Source: Promethearchaeota archaeon (lineage in GTDB: Archaea; Asgardarchaeota; Lokiarchaeia; Sigyniarchaeales; SOKP01). Taken from it: a DNA stretch of 12,170 nt. The translations under genes were made by a program, and so were the position numbers. Location: positions 1-12,170 of the forward strand of contig JBHLLU010000088.1 in the NCBI GenBank assembly GCA_048938895.1, given 5' to 3'. Of this stretch, positions 6,344-12,170 are shown in pieces (the first letter of the stretch is position 1; each line of letters opens with the position of its first letter). Under the pieces are notes generated by a model that searched no databases, was not told where the DNA came from, and saw only the letters and a list, made by a program, of their open reading frames with translations.

Positions 6344-9250
6344 ATGTTTAAAGACATTTTAAATAAAATGAAAGCAGAAAGTAAAGGTGTTCAACCAAAA
6401 AAACAAAAAAAATCTTCGAAAAAACCTAAAGTCAAAAAGACTCCATCAAAAAAACCTAAAATCAAACCAGAACCTCAAAAACCTGTGATCTCCCAACCTC
6501 AAATCAAACTACAACCTCAAAAACTTGTGATTTCTCAACCTAAAAAGGTTAAAAAAGAAAAATTGAAAAAAATAGAAGAAAAAGAAGAACTCCAAATAGA
6601 AAAAGCTGAGATCCAAATAAGTAAAGAAGAAGGTAAAAAGGATATCCAAAGTAGAGAAACCAAACCAGTTATTAAAGAAGAAGTTAAAGAACCACTTAAA
6701 ATAAAAATAAAAACTAAAGAAGAAGAAAAAATGCAAATTGAAGAAGATATAAAAAAAAAGACAGTAGAACAAGTTGGAATCCCTTTAATGGAATTCGAAG
6801 GAGATGCTTCAGCACCAATCTTGAGATATGATCTCCCAAGCCCTTCCTCGTATGAGGGAAGATTCTATCTCGAAATAAAGTTGGATGAGGACTTTTTTGA
6901 TCCAAATAAAACATCTCAAGCATTAGAGCATGAATCTTTGTTAAAGAAGTTCTTAACCAAAAATAAAGCTGATATTTTAGAGTATTTAGAAAAGATTACT
7001 ATAGAAGAATTAGAGCGAGATGTATATGAAGTTCTTAAACAACAAGATGTCTTGAAGCTTGGGGAAAAAGAAAAAGAAAAAATTAAAGAGATAGTAAAAA
7101 AAATACTTATAGAAAAAGGAACAATAGCCGGAATAGCAATTGCAGGATCAAACGATTGGTGTTATTATTGGTACAATGATGGTACGGTGAGTGCGGGCTC
7201 TAGTTCTAATGGTGGAAAATATAAAGCACCTTACAGATATTCGCTCTATGGAAGTAGAAAATACCAGGATATTGTGGGTATTGGGATTGCGGGATCCAAT
7301 GATTGGTGTTATTATTGGTATAAAGATGGTAAAGTAAGTGCGGGTATGTCATCTAATTCTGTCAAATATAAAAGCCCCTATTCTTATAAATTACCTCCTG
7401 GCAAAAATTATGAAGATATTGTGGGTATTGGGATTGCGGGATCGAATGATAGGTGTTATTATTGGTATAAAGATGGTACTGTAAGTTCTGGTACTAGTTC
7501 TGATGCGGGAAAATATAAAGCTCCTTATGACTATATTTTACCTCCCGGTAAAAAATATGAAGATATTGTAGGTATTGGGATTGCGGGATCCAATGATTGG
7601 TGTTATTATTGGTATAAAGATGGTACAGTAAGTGCAGGTACAAGTTCCAATGCAGGACAATATAAAGCACCTTATAAATATGTCTTGCCTCAAGGTAAAA
7701 AACCTGTCATCACGGATGAGATTGAAGTCGTAGAAGAAGTTCAACAAGAAGAAGAAGTCCCTGTTCCCCTAAGCCTAGAAGAAAAATATGAACTCTTTGA
7801 ATATTACATAAGGATTGCATTAATTGAAGAAAATGTGTTTCCGAGCTTTTATAGAACTATGGGAGGACGCTTAAAATTAACATTTGGAAAAGTAAAAGAT
7901 CTAACTCCGACTTTGATGTTTATTGAAACTTATAAGTTAACAGCATTTCCCGGGGATTATGGTGCTGGGTCGACCATTCAAACGTTTTCTCTCCTTCCAA
8001 AAGAAGTATCTGAGATTAGTGTTAAAACCTGGAAAAGAACCCAAGACAAAATAGATGAAGCCTCATCCATTTTTGATTCGTATACTGAAGATAAAGCTGA
8101 TGAGTTTGAAAATAGTATTCAAAATGAAAGCTCCCGCTCTTCAAAAGTAGAAAATTCTACATCATATCACGTTGATGTAGGAGTGAACGCAAGCTGGGGT
8201 TGGGGTAGTGCTGGTGTAAATGCTGGAACAGCAGGGAGTTCAAAATCCGCGAGAGAAGAATTTTCTAAAAATGTAATGAATGCTGCCTCCAAACATGCTC
8301 AAAGTGCAAGCTCTAAACGTGAAGTAAGCGTTAATACTAGCTTCGAAAGAAGTGTTGAAACAGAGGAAGAAACTGTGATTATGAGAAGAATTGAAAACTT
8401 GAATGCTAGCAGAACTCTAAATTTCACTTTTCGTCAAATGAATCAAGAATATCACTCAATTTTACACTTAACAGATGTAAGGTTAGCTTATTATAATGGT
8501 TTTCCGGGGAGCATGAAAGAATATGCATTATATGAACTAGAAAACCTAATAAAGAAACAAATGATTGATCCTGATGATTATCTAAAGACTGAACCCGAAC
8601 CTGAAGAATATTTAATAGCTGCAGGGACAAAATCTCCACAAACCTATGAACAAGCCAAAAATAAATATAATCAGGTCCACAACGAACTAAAACAGATTAT
8701 TTTAAATGAATACGGAAACGTTTATGATTATCAAGGAACTATGACTCCGCTAATTGAAGAAATTAACATGTTAGATGGTAAAATTAATTACTTAAGAATT
8801 ATCCCATCTATGACGATATATAATGAAAACACAGGTGAATACGAAATTAAAGGTAGACAAGCATATACTATACGAGAATCAAATAAAGAAACAAATCAAC
8901 CTAAAGATGTTCGATGGGTGGATGGAGTTATTATATCTACAAATAAAGTTACTATGAAAACAGATGGTGTTATTGTGGAATCTTTATTGGGACAAGGAAA
9001 TGCGTTAGATAACTTCTCTCTTGAAGCAAGAGAAGAAAAATTGAAAAAAGAGTTCTTTGAAAATGAACTTAGAAAAGCTGAAATTGAAAAAGTAAAGACA
9101 GGTATAAAAATAATAGAAGCACTTATAAACAGTGGGCAATTGGCAAAAGCTATTGACTCTTATAAGGAAATTTTCGGTATACAAACGGGACTAAAAACTT
9201 TCGGAGAAATCTTTGATCATCCAAGCCTAAAGATTGAAAAGAAGCTCTAG
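6344..9250 (+). CDS. Large multidomain protein: Lys/Pro-rich N-terminus, four 49-aa aromatic repeats, putative beta-pore-forming-toxin-like domain, C-terminal coiled coil
   Basis: Uninterrupted ORF. The track starts at GTG 6332, but ATG 6344 has GGAG 6 nt upstream and is the likelier start. Repeats at 7124-7702; Ser/Thr-rich amphipathic hairpin 'YHVDVGVNASWGWGSAGVNAGTAG' at 8165-8236; helical tail 'EAREEKLKKEFFENELRKAEIEKVK'. The CDS is secure; the function is inferred. Confidence 0.7.
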   Translation: MFKDILNKMKAESKGVQPKKQKKSSKKPKVKKTPSKKPKIKPEPQKPVISQPQIKLQPQKLVISQPKKVKKEKLKKIEEKEELQIEKAEIQISKEEGKKDIQSRETKPVIKEEVKEPLKIKIKTKEEEKMQIEEDIKKKTVEQVGIPLMEFEGDASAPILRYDLPSPSSYEGRFYLEIKLDEDFFDPNKTSQALEHESLLKKFLTKNKADILEYLEKITIEELERDVYEVLKQQDVLKLGEKEKEKIKEIVKKILIEKGTIAGIAIAGSNDWCYYWYNDGTVSAGSSSNGGKYKAPYRYSLYGSRKYQDIVGIGIAGSNDWCYYWYKDGKVSAGMSSNSVKYKSPYSYKLPPGKNYEDIVGIGIAGSNDRCYYWYKDGTVSSGTSSDAGKYKAPYDYILPPGKKYEDIVGIGIAGSNDWCYYWYKDGTVSAGTSSNAGQYKAPYKYVLPQGKKPVITDEIEVVEEVQQEEEVPVPLSLEEKYELFEYYIRIALIEENVFPSFYRTMGGRLKLTFGKVKDLTPTLMFIETYKLTAFPGDYGAGSTIQTFSLLPKEVSEISVKTWKRTQDKIDEASSIFDSYTEDKADEFENSIQNESSRSSKVENSTSYHVDVGVNASWGWGSAGVNAGTAGSSKSAREEFSKNVMNAASKHAQSASSKREVSVNTSFERSVETEEETVIMRRIENLNASRTLNFTFRQMNQEYHSILHLTDVRLAYYNGFPGSMKEYALYELENLIKKQMIDPDDYLKTEPEPEEYLIAAGTKSPQTYEQAKNKYNQVHNELKQIILNEYGNVYDYQGTMTPLIEEINMLDGKINYLRIIPSMTIYNENTGEYEIKGRQAYTIRESNKETNQPKDVRWVDGVIISTNKVTMKTDGVIVESLLGQGNALDNFSLEAREEKLKKEFFENELRKAEIEKVKTGIKIIEALINSGQLAKAIDSYKEIFGIQTGLKTFGEIFDHPSLKIEKKL
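6416..6544 (+). repeat. Short in-frame tandem repeats in the Lys-rich N-terminus (30-bp and 42-bp units)
   Basis: SKKPKVKKTP / SKKPKIK (6416-6445, 6446-6466) and IKPEPQKPVISQPQ / IKLQPQKLVISQPK (6461-6502, 6503-6544), also visible at DNA level. Confidence 0.75.
7124..7702 (+). repeat. Four tandem 147-bp (49-aa) coding repeats
   Basis: Units start at 7124, 7271, 7418 and 7565 (exact 147-bp period). Consensus IVGIGIAGSNDWCYYWYKDGTVSAGxSSNaGKYKAPYxYxLPPGKKYED; the fourth unit ends at LPQGKK. Confidence 0.95.
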
Positions 9251-9332
9251 TAAATAACTGATAACCATAAATAGGGAATATTATCAGAAAAATCCACAAT
9301 TTCTATATTAAAATTTAAGATGGTATATAGAT

Positions 9333-10514
9333 GTGAAGGGAACAGATAAGAAAATTTTAGAAGCTCCAGTTGATAAGAAGGAAATTACAAAATCTGCTGA
9401 TGAAAAAATATTAGAAGCAGGAATTAAAAAGATTGAAGAAAAGATACAATTCTTGTTAGTAGATCATTTGACTGTGAGGGAAAAAACTGAAGAAAACATA
9501 GAAACAGTATTAGATTTGATAAATGCCCTACAAGCAGAAATTAACAATATCGGAATTATAGCGGAAAACGCTCATCAAAAAGAAGAACAGTACCAAACAG
9601 CTTCAAATACAATACAAAAATCTTTAAATTCTCGTAAAAATGTCTTAAATACTGCTCAAAATGCTGTAGACGGCAAAATTTCAGTTGATACTATATTAAA
9701 ACAAATCTATGATGAATTTAGGAAGGCGTTTGGTGAATTGATGAAAGTTGGAAAAGCTGTCGGAATTATAGTAGAACTTTATCTACACAATGAAAGAACG
9801 TTCATTATCCCTGAAGTAGTTAATATTTTAAAAAGAATAATTGGTATTACAGAGGAGTTAGTAGGAGGGATGTTTGAATCTCAAAATGAAGTTCTAGAGG
9901 GAATAGACGCTTTGAATAAGGTAAAAGATGCTATTCAATCATTAGATGTAATTAATCCTCAAGAAATTCAATCAATATTAGATTTAATAATAGAGGTAGA
10001 CTTAGAAAATCGAATTGAAAATACGTTTAGAATGGCGCAAAATGTAAATATGGTAAATTCAGGGGCAGTTAATGAAATAGAAGATGAATTATTAGAAATA
10101 AATCCGATAAGAGAAGCAGAAGCTATTGCATTACAAGGAATACAGCCGTCTTGTAATGATATTAATAATGCTGTAATAAATAGTAGAAAAAATGCCGAAA
10201 AAGCCGCAGAATTGGCAAAGCAAGCTTCTTCAGAGGTTCAGGATCAAGCGAAAGAAGTTACATCAGATATAAATGTCTTAGTCGGTATAGCCGAAGAAGG
10301 AGCTAATACTTTTACAAAAGCAGATGAAACACTTACACTAATTTTAGATAAATTAAATGAGGCGACTCAAGTTAGTCAGAATCTATTTGGATCTATTAAT
10401 GAAATAGAACAATCTACCTTACTTATAACCGAAATACTCGAAAATACCGTAAAAGATTTTGAGGATATGGTAAGGAATTTTGATGAATTAAATATATATC
10501 TTGCTAATGTCTAA
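9333..10514 (+). CDS. Uncharacterised acidic all-alpha coiled-coil protein (superficially like an MCP signalling domain but lacking the conserved tip)
   Basis: GTG start, 393 aa, rich in E/I/N/A/Q heptads, no Trp, no clear TM segment. The C-terminal part 'NAEKAAELAKQASSEVQDQAKEV...SINEIEQST' resembles MCP methylation helices, but no LLALNAAIEAARAG motif is present. Confidence 0.7.
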   Translation: MKGTDKKILEAPVDKKEITKSADEKILEAGIKKIEEKIQFLLVDHLTVREKTEENIETVLDLINALQAEINNIGIIAENAHQKEEQYQTASNTIQKSLNSRKNVLNTAQNAVDGKISVDTILKQIYDEFRKAFGELMKVGKAVGIIVELYLHNERTFIIPEVVNILKRIIGITEELVGGMFESQNEVLEGIDALNKVKDAIQSLDVINPQEIQSILDLIIEVDLENRIENTFRMAQNVNMVNSGAVNEIEDELLEINPIREAEAIALQGIQPSCNDINNAVINSRKNAEKAAELAKQASSEVQDQAKEVTSDINVLVGIAEEGANTFTKADETLTLILDKLNEATQVSQNLFGSINEIEQSTLLITEILENTVKDFEDMVRNFDELNIYLANV

Positions 10515-10559
10515 GTCGTATCTACTCTTAACTAAGAATTTTGTTTGAAATAATCTTAA

Positions 10560-10570
10560 TTTTTTATTTT
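10560..10570 (+). terminator. Oligo-T tract downstream of the coiled-coil gene
   Basis: TTTTTTTATTTT-like run about 45 nt after the 10514 stop, in a convergent intergenic region. Confidence 0.35.
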
Positions 10571-10658
10571 GAAAATCTATCATTCTAAAGGGTTTTTAAG
10601 TTAAATATGATAAATCAAAGAGTCAATGATAAAATATTTTTACTGAATTTCAATAAAT

Positions 10659-11459
10659 TTATCCTAGTTTAATCCCACACTTATAACAAAATTTTGTATT
10701 ACTTGTATTTATATACCCACACGAAGAACACAACTTATTTAGTTTTTTCATTTTCTTTTGGTTAGTTTTTTCCTGAAATATTTTTTCTCCCTTAGCTTTT
10801 TGATATAGCATTGCCCAAATAATTAACCCAATTGTAGAACATGCTATAATTCCACCCATAAAAATCTGAAAAGGATTATAATTCACGCTATAATAATAAA
10901 ACATTAATTGAGGTTTATAATCATCTAGAAGATGCTCTCTTGAGGAAAAGTTAACAACTTGATAATATTGATGAAAAGGCACTATACAGATGGAAAGTTC
11001 ACTCTCAGATAAATGAGAAGATATATCAATAATGATTTCTGAATCATATTCAACTCTGAATGAAAGTAAATCTTTTCCTAAAGATGGTCTATTAGACCAG
11101 GATATTGATGATTCTTCCCAATTTTCTACGACTTCATAGAGATCGAAATCCATTAAATTAGAAAAAAAATTAAATTTAAGACTAATTTCTACTTTTTTCC
11201 AACCTAAATCTATTTCACTAAGATCAAAACAAATGTATGCTTCGCAAAAAAAGGTCGTTCCCGTCATTGGAACGTAGAATGTACCACATTCCATATTGAT
11301 TCTTTCACCAAAATTCTTATTAGGTTCATAGCTATTAACATATGAATCTTTATTAGGGTACAAAAAAGTATTAGAAGCTTGGACTGAATTAGCAAATATA
11401 GAAATCAATAAAATTATAAAATAAAAAGATATTGTAATTGGAATGATCTTCTTTTTCAC
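10659..11459 (-). CDS. Membrane-anchored surface protein: signal peptide, DNRLRE/CBM96-like domain, TM helix, cytoplasmic zinc ribbon
   Basis: Signal 'MKKKIIPITISFYFIILLISIFANSVQA'. DNRLRE-type motifs 'DSYV...PNKNFG', 'YICFDLS', 'WEESSISWSNRP', 'SSRE....KPQL'. TM 'IFMGGIIACSTIGLIIWAMLY'. C-terminal 'CSSCG..N....KFCYKCG.KL'. Confidence 0.8.
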   Translation of the reverse strand: MKKKIIPITISFYFIILLISIFANSVQASNTFLYPNKDSYVNSYEPNKNFGERINMECGTFYVPMTGTTFFCEAYICFDLSEIDLGWKKVEISLKFNFFSNLMDFDLYEVVENWEESSISWSNRPSLGKDLLSFRVEYDSEIIIDISSHLSESELSICIVPFHQYYQVVNFSSREHLLDDYKPQLMFYYYSVNYNPFQIFMGGIIACSTIGLIIWAMLYQKAKGEKIFQEKTNQKKMKKLNKLCSSCGYINTSNTKFCYKCGIKLG

Positions 11460-11569
11460 ATTGATCGCAAATAGACTAGGTTTGACTATTCTTGATTAAG
11501 ATTCTAATATATATAAATTTTGTATTAAAACTAAATTCAATCTTTAATTCAAAATTACGAAAGGAATCT

Positions 11570-11785
11570 TTATAATCTAAAGCCATACTTATACAAGAGC
11601 ATTATGACTCCCGTTATAATATAACACCCTATAAATATAATTCCCATTGTAATACCGCAATATTTTAAAGCTATATGAGTGGCTTTCTTAAGATTCTTCT
11701 GATATTCACAACTAGGACATCTAAATTCTGTCTGACTATTATCCAGATAATATATTTCGGCCCCACAATCTATACAATTAGGCAA
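11570..11785 (-). CDS. Small Zn-finger (CxxC...CPxC) protein with a C-terminal TM anchor
   Basis: 'PNCIDCG-x13-RCPSC' followed by hydrophobic 'GITMGIIFIGCYIITGVIMLLY'. TTG start preceded by GAGG on the minus strand. Confidence 0.65.
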   Translation of the reverse strand: MPNCIDCGAEIYYLDNSQTEFRCPSCEYQKNLKKATHIALKYCGITMGIIFIGCYIITGVIMLLYKYGFRL

Positions 11786-11930
11786 AATTCGAGATCCTCA
11801 TTTATTGATTATCCTTTAATGTCAAATGATGCATAGATAATCAAGCTAATATACTTGATCCTATATGAACAATTTATTTATGATAAGCAAACTCAGAATA
11901 AGATGTTAAAATAAAAGATAATTAAATTCT

Positions 11931-12170
11931 TTAAGTCTCCTTAACTAAATTATACTCGTTGGGAGGAATTCGAAAGGTCCATGCGAGTGCATCTCTACAG
12001 TTTCTTACCTCATTAGGAACACTCAAGAAATAAAAGTCACCTGTGGAGGAATCTTTTACCCTAATATATCGATAGATAGTTCTTCCATTAGAGGGGTAAT
12101 AATCAAATAAAATTGAACTATCTTCTCTATGAATAATCCGAATTCTTCTATTATCTCTTTTAAAATAAAA
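11931..12170 (-). CDS. 3' end of a DUF6745-like domain protein (partial, starts beyond the window)
   Basis: Manual translation of the minus strand from 12170: FYFKRDNRRIRIIHREDSSILFDYYPSNGRTIYRYIRVKDSSTGDFYFLSVPNEVRNCRDALAWTFRIPPNEYNLVKET*. The 'V.D.STG..Y.L.VP......A.AWTF.....Y....ET' end motif is what I recall as the DUF6745 signature. Not in the ORF track. Confidence 0.75.
   Translation of the reverse strand, partial: FYFKRDNRRIRIIHREDSSILFDYYPSNGRTIYRYIRVKDSSTGDFYFLSVPNEVRNCRDALAWTFRIPPNEYNLVKET

Noticed and set aside
6509-6923. Phe-rich minus-strand ORFs 6509-6772 and 6714-6923
   Set aside because: Artefacts of the A-rich Lys/Glu codons on the plus strand; the apparent hydrophobicity is not evidence of a membrane peptide.
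7124-7702. Repeats as a CRISPR array or DGR template/variable pair
   Set aside because: The period is 147 bp and in frame within a CDS, the inter-core segments are homologous rather than unique spacers, differences are not adenine-specific, and no cas or reverse transcriptase gene is in the window.
7538-8639. Minus-strand ORFs 7538-7747 and 8424-8639
   Set aside because: Short antisense shadows within the large CDS. The CTCTCT pattern in the first is just the reverse reading of GTVSAGT codons.
9333-10514. Annotation as a bona fide methyl-accepting chemotaxis protein
   Set aside because: The conserved hairpin-tip motif is absent, and there are no sensor/HAMP/TM domains or che genes in the window.
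5076-10514. Mobile element or prophage boundaries around the three-gene locus
   Set aside because: No integrase, transposase, tRNA, terminal repeats or obvious compositional shift were seen by eye.

Overview
AT-rich prokaryotic window, probably archaeal and plausibly Asgard (Lokiarchaeia-like). This is inferred from a GGTGA-type ribosome-binding site, TATA-like AT boxes, oligo-T gene ends and membrane-anchored zinc-ribbon proteins; it is not proven. The left half (1-4913) is metabolic: two convergent nitronate monooxygenase/FabK-like flavin TIM-barrel paralogues (one with the usual catalytic His replaced by Ala), a GNAT acetyltransferase, a MaoC-like double-hotdog protein and a stand-alone SagB/ThcOx nitroreductase. 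The right half is accessory. Three co-oriented unknown genes (5076-10514) encode a multi-pass membrane protein built from repeated TM hairpins and coiled coils, a ~970-aa protein with a Lys-rich N-terminus, four 49-aa aromatic propeller-like repeats and a beta-pore-forming-toxin-like amphipathic hairpin domain, and a long acidic coiled-coil protein. These are followed on the minus strand by a DNRLRE-type surface protein with a zinc ribbon, a small tail-anchored Zn-finger protein and the 3' end of a DUF6745-like gene missing from the ORF track. The best candidate for an undescribed system is the 5076-10514 putative pore-forming/membrane-attack locus. All family calls come from motif recognition by eye; no searches were run.
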